The translations under genes and the position numbers were made by a program. A stretch of 63,978 nucleotides of DNA, filler included, from Octopus bimaculoides (taxonomy: Eukaryota), in assembly GCF_001194135.2 (NCBI RefSeq). It is 6 parts of 6 records of this genome, joined end to end, with 100 filler letters (N's around TTAATTAATTAA, not from the genome) between each part and the next. Parts side by side here need not be neighbours in the genome. Positions count along the whole stretch, not along the records: positions 16,366 to 35,252 come from NC_068987.1; positions 35,353 to 50,734 come from NC_068992.1; 4 more parts are not named here. One strand, 5' to 3'. The notes below the pieces were generated by a model, which was not told the DNA's origin, did no database searches, and saw only the letters and a list, made by a program, of their open reading frames with translations. Below, piece after piece: positions 29,171 to 41,424 of the stretch; positions within the stretch are counted from its first letter, which is position 1, and each line of letters begins with the position of its first letter.

Positions 29171-29715
29171 AAATATTGCATTTCTAAATCTCTCAGATAA
29201 ATAGACTTATACAGTAGCAGCACAATAAAGTGATGATTTGTAGCCAACTTAATGTTACAGTTCCAGGAAAGGGAAGATTACTACCGCTATTTAGTCGCAG
29301 AAAACATCGTTTCCAGTTGGTTATTTAACACAAACGTTCTGTGTACTTGAGCTTTCAAACAGGGGAGATAAGCACCTCTACCCAGTAAAGCCAGCATCCA
29401 GAGACTAGTTTTCAAAGGTGAATAAACATCGAAAGATAGCAAGCCAAACTACTCCAGACTGATGAAGAGCAATGACTCTGAAACTAGTCTCTGGATGCTG
29501 GCTTTGCTGGGTGGAGGTGTTTATCTCCCCTGTCTGAAAACTTAAGTATACAGAACGTTTGTATCAAATAGCTAACTGGAAACGAAGTGTTCTGCGACTA
29601 AATAGCAGTAGTATTCTTCCTTTTCATGGAACTGCCGTATTAATTTGGCAACAAACCATCACATTATTGTGCTGCTACTGTATAAGTCTCTCAGAGATTT
29701 AGAAATGCAATATTT
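29171..29715. mobile_element. ~545-bp foldback (long imperfect inverted repeat), probably a Penelope-like inverted terminal-repeat structure or MITE
   Basis: The left arm (~29171-29413) is the reverse complement of the right arm (~29478-29715), e.g. aaatattgcatttctaaatctct / agagatttagaaatgcaatattt and ccagcatccagagactagtt / aactagtctctggatgctgg. The right end abuts an N gap. Confidence 0.8.
29453..29495 (+). ncRNA. Minimal type I hammerhead ribozyme motif (Penelope-like/retrozyme type)
   Basis: TCCAGA-CTGATGA-AGAG-CAATGA-CTCT-GAAA-CTAG-TC-TCTGGA. It has a 6-bp perfect stem I, an intact CUGAUGA/GAAA core, a 4-bp stem II, a palindromic ACUAGU stem III and a GUC cleavage triplet (cut after 29489). 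Confidence 0.75.
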
Positions 29716-29734
29716 NNNNNNNNNNNNNNNNNNN

Positions 29735-29769
<35 letters not shown>

Positions 29770-31014
29770 ATGTATATATATAACTATCATGCGTAGTGAT
29801 TACATATTTGTGTGTAATTCTCTAATCAAATAAAATACAAACTTATGTGTGTATGTATGTATATGTGTGCATGTGTCTGTGTGTGCCTGTATGTGTGTGT
29901 TTGTGTGAGTGGTCGTTCGTGTGTATGCGCTCGCATGTATGTGTATTCTAATAAGTTAGGCAGTAGTAATGGATAGGAAAAGAGAAGAATAAAATGGAAG
30001 AAGTTATTGTACTTGTTCGACCAAATTTGTAATTGGGGAAAACATCATGTTAATTTTGTTGTTATTTTCAAAACATCTAGAACCATTTTCTCAGTCTTAG
30101 GAAAGCGCCGAGATGAAGAAAAAAAAAATGAAACTAGCGAGTTCAAACAAAAGTACACAATTGTATTCAAGACAATGCAACGGTCCAAATCACTCTTACA
30201 CTGTTTACCTTTACAATAGACAGTGAATTTTCAAAGGAATGATATTTTCTGTCACCCTCGAAAAAAAAAAACGAACTTTCGTTTCAATTCATTAAAAAAA
30301 CAACGACAACTACACATCCTCGAGTGTTCTGTTTTGGTGCAAATGAATATCGAATATCGGGTTTGGTATTGTAACAAGTGAAAAGATTTGCCAATTAACA
30401 GTCAATTTTCGCAGTTGTTTGTTTCTATTGAAATTAATACACTAAAACAATCTTCTTTCCTTCACTCTGAGTAAAATAAAATGAAATAAAATAAAAAAAG
30501 TAATTTAGCACACGCTAACACCGAATACATGTTCTTCAGTTGTACGTATTTTCAGCCGCATCAGAACATGATGAATTTATCAAGTGTAACAAAGAATATA
30601 ACATTGTTTCTTCATTTCAATACATACGGTTATTGATTAATTAAAAGAAAGTCTATCGCAATTTACGAGATAAATTAATACAATACACACGTAAATAATA
30701 TTTCGAAAGCAAGACGAAGATTATTCATTTTCATTTCAAACAATTCCAGTCCTCTGTTCTTTTATTAAATATCTTTTCATCAGAATGCGAGTTATTGTGA
30801 AAATGCTATGAAAGAAAGAGTGAATAGTTACAAACAAGTCGAAGTCAGACGGCTTATGTCANNNNNNNNNNNNNNNNNNNNNNNNNNNNNNNNNNNNNNN
30901 NNNNNNNNNNNNNNNNNNNNNNNNNNNNNNNNNNNNNNNNNNNNNNNNNNNNNNNNNNNNNNNNNNNNNNNNNNNNNNNNNNNNNNNNNNNNNNNNNNNN
31001 NNNNNNNNNNNNNN

Positions 31015-31094
<80 letters not shown>

Positions 31095-32992
31095 CGTGTG
31101 TGTGTCTGTATGTGTGTGTTTGTGTGAGTGGTCGTTTCTGTGTATCCGGGAAGAAAGCTTCTTTGTACTCGCTCGACTTCCTTAAAACAGTAGCTATATT
31201 CTTCAACTTAACTAAAATAGACAAAGTACTACCTAATGTATGTACACAAAGATGAAATAACGAGAGTAGGAAAATCATTATCAGAAGTGCGAATGATGGT
31301 GGCTGACATGAGAGTGTGCCTAAAAAGCAAAAACCATTTTATTGGACGCCACTATATTTTTCCTCAATTTAATTACAAATAGTGATCAGAATCTCCCAGA
31401 AATCACTCTGTCGCTTCTTAAGAAAACAATATAAATCGGATACCGTAGTTCGGTGTAGAAAATTCCGCCCTACCGCGAGAAAGGAAGATCAACAGGATAT
31501 TTTAACCTGAACCATCGTCGTACCTGCCCGTCAGAGAGTGGTTGTCGGTCATGACAGACTGGTCTTCTAAATACAAGCCATTGTGTCTATGTTAGAAATT
31601 AATACTTATACTAGGAAGATGGTTTACTAGAATCATTGGAGCAACAAAGACCATGCTCTATTTGATAACGTATCGTTACATTCTAATTTCTGATTTACTG
31701 AACCATTGTATCTGTAGATATCCAACTGCTAACTGGAGTATCTTTGAAATTTATTGTACTTAGAGGAAGTTGGAGGATAGTGCCAATATGATGAGTGGAA
31801 ACTCTTTGGATTTCTTCCAGAATTTCTGTGAGTGTAGCAACAGCACCGTCCAAGTTATGCGTCTAGTACTCCATTGTAATGCAATCATTCATTACTTCCT
31901 ATGGTTTGGCTAATGCTTTGATTTTTCAATATCTTTGTATTTCAGATACGTGATTTTACATGATCAGAGGGTCCTTGCTTAAAAGCCATATTTGCAACAG
32001 CCGCTTGAAATACATTTGAAGGTAAAACTCCAGAGGAGGCCGAATAACTTGCAAGATGTCTTCCCAGATACTTACAAATTGATGATGGTGGGGGTGGGAG
32101 GTGTTGGGGGGCATGAACAAATATTCATTTAATAATATTTGACAGTGAAATTAGCACATTTGCGCAGTTTCTGAAGCGGTAAGTTAGTGAATTTTAACTA
32201 ACCTTACTATGTTGTCGTTCAATAGTCAGTGTTGGCCATAATAACATTCAGTATTTGCTATGTTTCTTGAAGTTCTAACATCATATTCCTTCGAGGAAAA
32301 CTGTAAATTTCACCTTATCAGGTTTAATACAATAAAATACTATTCCAGGTAATTATCTTGGCGGAATTGAAACAGCGTTGTTGAAAATCTCGCGGAATTT
32401 GTTCAGGTCGTACATGTTCTGTTACCAGATTCTGCCGAAATCAACTGTACATTTCACAGTTCCTAGTTATAAATGACATGATCAGGTATAAGTTCGGAGC
32501 TGTAGACCAAAGCTCTAAGGGAGAGGGACAAAATACTTTACTGGTTTTGTTCCACCTATTTACGTTCAGAGATCAAAATCCACCGAAACGAGCTTTCCTT
32601 TTCACCATTTTGAGATTGATACAATAAAGTACCAGTCGAATAAAACACACCAGCGAGATTATTACATGATTGGAAAAAAATTTGTTTCTGCATTGGGTAC
32701 CTAGTTTATTTATAAGTTCGAAATTCGCAGGCAACGTCACTGGTATCAAACACATCAGCACATGATTTTCCGTTGAGCAACATCGGTGCAGTGGAAAGAG
32801 GAGACATTTCAGCATTGCTAACACGTCGGTTTTCCATATAAATGGTGGACCAGCGTCAAGGACTCTCTAAGTGTAATTGTATTTTGAACCTTTACAAACA
32901 AAGGCTTAACCGATACTGCAAGTCATATTCACTCCAGCTTAGTTTATTGGTTATTTGCAATTTAGTTCAGGAAATATACATATATATTTCAA

Positions 32993-33240
32993 AATGTAAC
33001 CGTGTGTGTATCGTTGGCGATTTTCTTCCTCCGTCTTCCCTTCCTTTGGGCCTTCCCTTCCTTTGGGCCTTCCCTTCCTTTGGGTCTTCCCTTCCTTTGG
33101 GCCTTCCTCTATTTCTGAAGAAGAGCTTAGCTCGAAACGTTTAAGGATTTTTCACTTCCCGAGCGTTATGCTAATACATCTGTTTGTTTTCTACACCACC
33201 TGTTTTCGTCTTTTGCTTTTCTTTTTGTCAATTCTACCCC
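32993..33240 (+). mobile_element. Penelope-like terminal-repeat fragment with hammerhead-like core and an 18-bp tandem expansion
   Basis: Contains CTGAAGA-A-GAGC-TTA-GCTC-GAAACGTT (33115-33141) and about four copies of cttcccttcctttgggcc. It shares ttcttcctccgt and cccgagcgt blocks with the copy at 54225-54390. Confidence 0.55.
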
Positions 33241-33516
33241 TATATATATACATACATNNNNNNNNNNNNNNNNNNNNNNNNNNNNTATATATATGTATAT
33301 ATCACGTGTATCATTCAGACTAATGGATGTTGTAATACACCACAGACTACCATGCACTTCCAATTCCTTTGATCTCGCTATTCTTTTCCATCTTACACAA
33401 ACCGTTTAACTAAATCGTCTTTCTATCGTCATAAAGGACTTGGTCTTTTCCAATCTCTTGCGTACCACTCAAGAAATACACACACACACACACATAAACA
33501 CACGCACATAAGCACA

Positions 33517-33547
<31 letters not shown>

Positions 33548-34234
33548 GCGCGCACACACACATACACATACATCACACACAGATACACACCGGACGCAAA
33601 TATAATATATATATGTATATATATGTGTGTGTGTAAGTATGTATACACATGAATATAAGTAAGTATAAGTGCGCATGTGTGAGCACGCGTATGATAAAGT
33701 TCATGTATGGGCCTATTCTTCTATTTGTGTCGTGTGTGCAGTTAAAGTAACAAATTAGGAATGGAAAATGTAGCCTGTAGAAAAGTATTTCAGCGTACTA
33801 ATTCGAGGAATTCATGGTTGCATATTTCTGAAAGAATACCTAGCACCCGAGAAATTTCAATTTAAATACTGCAACATTTTACAACTTGGATAACCTATTG
33901 TTTTCCGATTAAGACTCAACAAATTCGTTCTCACCACGACAGAAGAATTATCACCAAACATCTCGTTGATATGGGATATATTGCTTGCTGAGAAAATTGT
34001 AACATAATTACATTTGTCTACGTGATACATATTTGAAGTTAATTTATTCTGTTAATAAAATTATATACTGCAAACGTCCTCTCAAGAAACATTATCCACA
34101 CCAACACCACACCTACACACATGCACGCATAAAATCATGCTCGGAACCAATTTTGTTTCATTGTACACATATGAATTATATCTCATATACACCCGAATAG
34201 AAACGTATATTATACATACACTCACTTATACAGT

Positions 34235-34289
<55 letters not shown>

Positions 34290-34496
34290 ATACATATAAA
34301 GATATATTACATACACATACACGCACATATATACATATGTGCGTGTGTGTGTATGTATGTGTCTGTATATTCGCACACATTCTCAAAATCAAGTGAGCCG
34401 ACACGCGCACAAATATTCCCACACACGTCACACACATATAGCGATATATGTATAACAAACTAATTGTCATTATTCATCTATTTAATCTTTATATGC

Positions 34497-34551
<55 letters not shown>

Positions 34552-35204
34552 TGTGTGTATGTGTGCGTGTGTGTGTTTACGTGCGTGTGTGATGTAGATA
34601 TATATGTGTGTGTGTGTGATATAGATATAGACTAACTCACACAAACACACACACATATGCATACATATATGTCATACCTACGTGCATTTATATGTTCACA
34701 TATACATAGATATGCCTGTACTGACTAGGGTGCCTTAGATTGTGTTGCTAAAATAATAAAGACAACATGATGACACGAAGTAAAGGAAGACCAAAAAAAA
34801 AAATCAAAGAGAAAAGAGGAATACCTGAAATGTTTGTTTATTTTCCATTAGCAATGAGTTTCCTGAAAATCTCTTCCCTCTTTAGTGAATATGTTTAACT
34901 CTATTTAGAATCAAACCTAATCACAGTATGAAGCGTTTCGGTTATCTCTGTTAAGAAAAAAAAAACAACAAATAATAAAAGAAATCAAATACAAAAACAG
35001 GACAAAAAAAAATGAATAAAAAGCAAGTCTGAACTTGAATGTTTCATAACGTCGATCTATGTAAAGAAGTGGATTCCTTAATTCTCTCCTTTATATTAAA
35101 ATGAGTAAATAATTATACAAATAAATAATAAAGTAAATATTAGAAATGATAGTAATGTGTAAATGGGCGAGTAGGGAGATATATCTGCGCGTGCGTGTGC
35201 ATAC

Positions 35205-35252
<48 letters not shown>

Positions 35253-35352
35253 NNNNNNNNNNNNNNNNNNNNNNNNNNNNNNNNNNNNNNNNNNNNTTAA
35301 TTAATTAANNNNNNNNNNNNNNNNNNNNNNNNNNNNNNNNNNNNNNNNNNNN
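35253..35352. other. Artificial scaffold linker
   Basis: 44 N + TTAATTAATTAA (35297-35308) + 44 N. Confidence 0.95.
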
Positions 35353-36285
35353 TCTTTCTATCTGCTGTAATATTTCACATACACATACATGTATCACTCA
35401 CATACACACTTTTCTTTGTATGACGGCCTGTCTTTGATTATGTTCTTATATGTCGCATTCACACTCTCACACAGACATACATCTTTAACGCCATAATAAA
35501 TATCTGTTATTCATCTTATACGGTTGTGGTCTTTCATTACTGGTCATCTATGTTATCGTAGTATAACATATTTATGTATATTATCTTCGATATATTATTG
35601 TGTGTTCGACCGTGTGACACGTTTAAATAAAAGGAGTCCTCTGTTTTTCCATTCGTCACCATTTCTCCTTTTTTGAGTTCGCACGGTCGTCCCTTACATA
35701 TATATATATATATGCATATTGCTGTCTCTTCTCGGTCTCTCGCTTACACATCAATGATAATTATGAATACGAAAGAAACATTAACACATGTCAATGAGCG
35801 TAAAAACGAGACCATAACAGAACCAAAGGACGATGGACTAGAAGTGGTTGAATTCAAGGCAGCGCTGTCTGCGGCAACAGGTAATCGTAAACACATTTTG
35901 ACCTCTACTGAACCTAAGGGGTGCGAAGATCCTTTTGTTTCTATGGCTGACCTCTCCACCATCTGCCGAATCTAATTATAGACCTGTAGAATATGATCTG
36001 TTCACCAATCTGATGCCGAACTACAATGGCAGTGGAGGAGGTGATGGTGATAATGAAAAAAGTAAAAATAATGATAATATGCTGCATCTGCTGATGCTAA
36101 ATACTAAAAATACTACAGTAATACTACAACTACTACTATTATGATAGCACAGGAATCTGAGGCCCATCTACCACCCTTACCACTACCTCACCCCTGCTAC
36201 TGCTGCTGTTGCTGCAACCACTGTTACTAATACTACACATAAAAACAATAATAACAGTGATATCAGTGATGGTAATAATAATAAT

Positions 36286-37297
36286 GAAAGGAAACGGGTG
36301 GAGTTTCCTTATGGGCTCATAATGATACATCTAGTGATGGTGTCACAATAAAAACACTGGTAATTGCGCAACGTGATAATCGCTACCTCATATGAGTGAC
36401 AATGAATAAACAAAATATTGTGAATAACGGTGGTAATGAAACTGAAGCCAATGATGGGTACAGTGTTACACCCGGTAGGCTCAGAGATTCTGGTCCGACT
36501 CCAGCCTGTCGATATCCAGAAAGGGACCACCACACACGGTGTAGATGGTGCAAACAAATTAATGCTGTGGTCATGGAGTGTTATTACCTGAGCAACCTGG
36601 TAGATAAAAATGATGTTCAAATTAAGGGTTACCGACAACGTATGTATGATCATTGGAGAGAAATGGAATTGTTTCAACTCACGGAACAGAGACTATGTGA
36701 TCAAGCTAGAGCAATAAGAAAAAATTTTTGGTTCACCGAAGTAGAGCTCGAAGCTATCAAAAGACGGGTCATGGACAATAGCAGCATAGATAAGAATGAA
36801 AATACAGTTCTTACTAATAAGAGTAATCTCATAGCGCAGGAAAGGAGCAGTGGTAGTTTACTTGATGAGAGACATATAGATGATCAAAAAGAAGACGGTA
36901 AAACTAATAAAACTAATAGCGACATGACAGATAAACAAAAGGCAATCTACGACAGAATAAAGGTAAGACTACGGGAGAACAATAGCGACATTATTTGCAA
37001 CCTTAAAAAGGTTGATCGATGGAAATTGAACCAAGAAACGAAAAATATCAATGAAAGTCTGAAATGCATCAGAACAAGCAACATCACAGAAACAAATAAT
37101 TTGATCAAGGCAGCAAGTATTGTTGTAGCAGAAAATGTAGGTGTCGATGTCAAGAAAAAGAAACATAATGGGGGTGACAAAAGAAAAGATCCATGGTGGA
37201 AAAGAAGAATCCAGACAGGGTTAGACATGCTCTCGAAGGAAATCTCCGTGTTAGACCGAAAAAAGAAAGGGGAGCTTAAAAGCGAACAAAAATACAG
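36286..37297 (+). mobile_element. 5' part of an R4/Dong-clade (RLE-type) non-LTR retrotransposon, truncated before the RT domain
   Basis: ORF 36396-37442 contains KGYRQRMYDHWREMELFQLTEQRLCDQARAIRKNFWFTEVELEAIK and DPWWKRRI, typical of R4/Dong N-termini (recalled). The element starts right after a (TAA)4 tract. No RT motifs follow. Confidence 0.75.
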
Positions 37298-37462
37298 GGC
37301 TCCTACAATTATTGGCATCACTACCACCTTTTTCATCGACCACAACTGCTTTACCTCCCAAGCTAACCTGTCGTATCTCTCGACTTTTCTTTCTTCCTTA
37401 TCGCATAACTTGTCAGCTGGGCATGCTATATCTATGATCTAGCATAGTTTGGTTTCTTATCG
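37295..37462 (-). mobile_element. Short fragment of an R4/Dong restriction-like endonuclease domain in opposite orientation
   Basis: Minus strand translates IIDIACPADKLCDKEERKVERYDRLAWEVKQLWSMKKVVVMPIIVGAL, an RLE motif. It begins next to a (TAA)n tract on the minus strand. Confidence 0.75.
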
Positions 37463-37570
37463 TTATTATTATTATTATTATTATTGTTGTTGTTGTTGTT
37501 GTTGTTGTTTTTGTTGTTGTTTTAGTTGTTGTTGCTGCTGTTGTTATTAATATCATCATTATTATTATCA

Positions 37571-37618
<48 letters not shown>

Positions 37619-39191
37619 ATGCTGGTGCTGCTGCAATTTCAGTTATGTTGCTGTCTCTACTCATATTTGTTGTCTTCATTAATGTTATATGAATTGTAAT
37701 CATTTTCAAACCATAAATGATAAATGTTTTTGACTTTTTTTATCATTTTCACTTAGTTATTCCTCCATTTTGTTTTCGTATTTGTGTGTGTGTGTGTGTG
37801 TNNNNNNNNNNGCGTGTTTATTATTTTATATTTTCTTCATTTATTCTCATTTCTTTTTTTTCAAAATTTCCGGAAACGATCTATTTGTCATGAAATGTGG
37901 GGGTTGGAAAATTTGATGTATGTGATAAGCATTGGTGCATAAAACAAATTGTAAAGCAAGCTGTTGCCATTAGAGATGTTTCACACATCCGGCCCTAAGT
38001 GTTTTGTATCCGAATAAACTATAGGTATGATCTTATTGTCCACCTCTGCACTCTAAACCACAAAGCTACTCGACAATTTACAATTATTTCTGCTGCCTCA
38101 CCAACACCGACACACAATGGTTCTCTTCGGTTTTTCGGAGTTTGCTTTGGCTTTTTTGTTTGCTGTTGTTGTTGTTGTTACTGTTGTTGTTGTTGTTGCT
38201 GATGTTATTGTTGTTATTTTCTATATGAACGTGGGGCTGACGGTTTTTTTCTCTTGTTTGTACTTGCTCTGCCGTATACAATTTAGGTGGGAGGAGGAGG
38301 CGTTTAATGCCTATGTCGGAATAGGAACTTGATTAGTATATATAAATATATATACATACATATATATAAACATATATACATATATATATATANNNNNNNN
38401 NNNNNNNNNNNNNNNNNNNNNNNNNNNNNNNNNNNNNNNNNNNNNNNNNNNNNNNNNNNNNNNNNNNNNNNNNNNNNNNNNNNNNNNNNNNNNNNNNNNN
38501 NNNNNNNNNNNNNNNNNNNNNNNNNNNNNNNNNNNNNNNNNNNNNNNNNNNNNNNNNNNNNNNNNNNNNNNNNNNNNNNNNNNNNNNNNNNNNNNNNNNN
38601 NNNNNNNNNNNNNNNNNNNNNNNNNNNNNNTATATATATGCATATATATGTGTGCGTGCATACATACATACACACACGCGCACATATATATACATACATA
38701 TATGGGCATATATATACATACATATATTCATACATACACATGTACATTTATGCATACATACATAAATACATTCAAACATTCATACACACATACACACATA
38801 TACATATACACACATATACACATACACACATACACACATACACACATATACATATACACACATATACACATACACACGTATATACATATACACGTACATA
38901 GATATATCCGAAGAGATGGATGTGCTTTCACGTCCACTAAACTTTAACATGAGGAACTGAATCAATTTGCCACTCAAAATATGTGCGTGTGCGTGTATAT
39001 GCATACATGTGCGTGTATATGTACGTATGTACGGATGTATGTAAGTAGTATGTATGCATGTATGTATGTATGTATGTATGTATGTATGCTTGTATGTATG
39101 TATGTATGTATGTATGTATGTCATATCCTGAACATATATACACACATGGTTGGCGTCAGGACACGCAGTAAAATTACTGTGAGCGATCGTA

Positions 39192-39361
39192 TTAGGACAA
39201 TTCCCCCCGATGACAACTACCCTCTAGGACAATTATCAGCGCCCCCCTTTAGTTAATTACCCCCACTCCAGTATATTAAGAAGTTTTAAATCATCGTGTG
39301 TTGTCCTCAGGGGTAATTGTCCTTGGCAGGGTTATTGTCCATGGGGGATAAATGTCCTAGA
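39192..39361. mobile_element. Small MITE-like element with internally repeated GGACAATT/AATTGTCC inverted arms
   Basis: Left arm has taggacaattcccccc and ggacaattatc. Right arm has ggggtaattgtcct, gttattgtcc and gggggataaatgtccta. Confidence 0.5.
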
Positions 39362-40129
39362 CTCGGAGCGACGGACCCCTAGCTGTTGTCACAGCATCCT
39401 TCTAGGAGAGGGACACTCTGATGTAAAATATGAAGCTTCATATGTTTACTGGTCATCTCGTTTCTGCCTGTCAGCAGGCACTCACTCATCGCAGAAATTC
39501 AGAGTGGTCTCCATGTTATATAATCGTTTATCACTATAATCCAATGACGTAACCAGCGGGATGCAGACCTAACCAGTTTGAAGTGCATAGTAAGTTACAA
39601 CTTCCGTCTGTCACTTATGTACTCGCTAATCACAGTAAACAAAAATGCTTTCACTGATATTGCTAAAAGTCTACCTAGCGGAATATAAATTCGATGTACG
39701 CAAGTGCAACAATATTAAATTAAAATAGACATCTGTGTCTCATACTTAATGTTTATTCATCATTTAAATTCATGATGTTGTGGTTTTGAAAAGATTTTCT
39801 CTCAGACAAATAGCACAACATCATGCTTCGCAGCAGTGTATATACTTTAAGTATGATACATAGATAGCAATTTTACTGTAATGCTGTCTCAACTACGTAC
39901 ACCGAATTATTTATAATAAATATATATAATGCCTACTGATTAATAAAGTATTACTTCCCTATTGATTAATATATTGTTTCTTATTAGTAGTCACACTAAT
40001 TAAAGAGGAAAATTATGACTGAGAAGTTGAAATTATTATCTCTCTTGAGAAAATTAAACTTAAAGACATAAAGAGTCTCAAGTGAAATAAACTTCAGTTT
40101 GTCGAAGAAAATATATTAGTATAGTTTAC

Positions 40130-40560
40130 GATTAATAATAGACCAGCAGATATGACTGGTAATAAACAAGAACATGTATACTGGTATAACAAGAGGTTGA
40201 CGATAGATCAGCACAGATATATTAATATCTGTGTTGGTCTAATGATAGTCTGTGCTGGACTAATGATAGTCACAAATATACAAGTATATATTATGACTGA
40301 CAATAGACCAGTACAAATATACTTGTATAGCAGAGGACTTATGTTAAGCCGGAACAAATATGCTGGTATATATCAGTATATATCATAACTGACGATAGAC
40401 CAGCACAGATATATTAATATAGCATAAGACTAAAGATAGCCACAAATATACTGTTATATATTATGACTAATGATAGATCGATACAGATATATAGTATAGC
40501 AGAAGATTAGTGATAGGCCGGCACAAATATACTTAACAGCGTATGGTTGACGATAGACTG
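40130..40560. repeat. Degenerate ~40-bp minisatellite
   Basis: Recurrent gac(g/a)atagaccagcacagatatattaatat-like units. Confidence 0.6.
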
Positions 40561-41205
40561 TCAAGATAATAACGATTGAGTTTGGAAATTCTTTAAACTT
40601 CTAGTAAAAGAATTAACAAATTCTACATGCTCCCTTCTTTCATTTACATACTGCGCTACAAGTCAATAATGAATATTTACGTGGTCACCCGACCTGCTAA
40701 ATACGGGTAAATTTCCTTAAAACTACATCCTATCGTTTTAAAAGGTAGAGGATACTTTTGTTAGTGTGGTTCTAGAAACACTGTTTCTGTTATAAATCTG
40801 CTTGATAAAGACCAATTTAAACTAAACATCAACATCAACAATACATTCCGACACATGAAGAAACAGATTTATTTGTCATGGCTAGATTTGGAAATGTCTA
40901 ATAGTAATATTTGAGAAATTTCATTTAAACATCATCGTTTGCATCAACCTAGTTATTTTTAAAGCATTGTACTACATTTAACCAAAGGTAGATACTATCC
41001 CTACAGAGAGGCAAACTATGAGACAAAAATGCACAAAAATTCCAGTCATCCTTCTAACATAATTATGAATTCTGTAGGCAAAATAAGCAAACTTTCTGAA
41101 CTGTTCTCATACGCGGACATTTTCAATAGGGCCACTCCCTATCAGAATGACGCAATAGCAGAAAGTGGAGTTAGCGAAGAAATAATGTATAAGATACACC
41201 GTATA

Positions 41206-41424
41206 CGGCGCTGAAAAGTTCTTGGCTTTGGGTATAATAGAATACAGGAGGATCAGTTAATTATGATTTTATTCAACATATTCCCGTCTCAGATTCACAC
41301 ACTTATTGCAGCGACCCTTCAGTTTTTTCTAAGCCCTGTAAAAGAACTCAGAAGGTTGCACCTCCAACAAGGCCTTTCGCAATACCCTTAAAGCCAGAAA
41401 CATTTCAGCACCACTCTCCCCTCG
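41206..41424 (-). mobile_element. Mariner deletion derivative of a second family
   Basis: Imperfect TIRs (gctgaaaagttcttggcttt / aaagccagaaacatttcagc) with TA flanks. Internal frameshifted QPSEFF..GLEKLKGRCNKCVNLRREYVE* is the mariner C-terminus. Confidence 0.75.
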
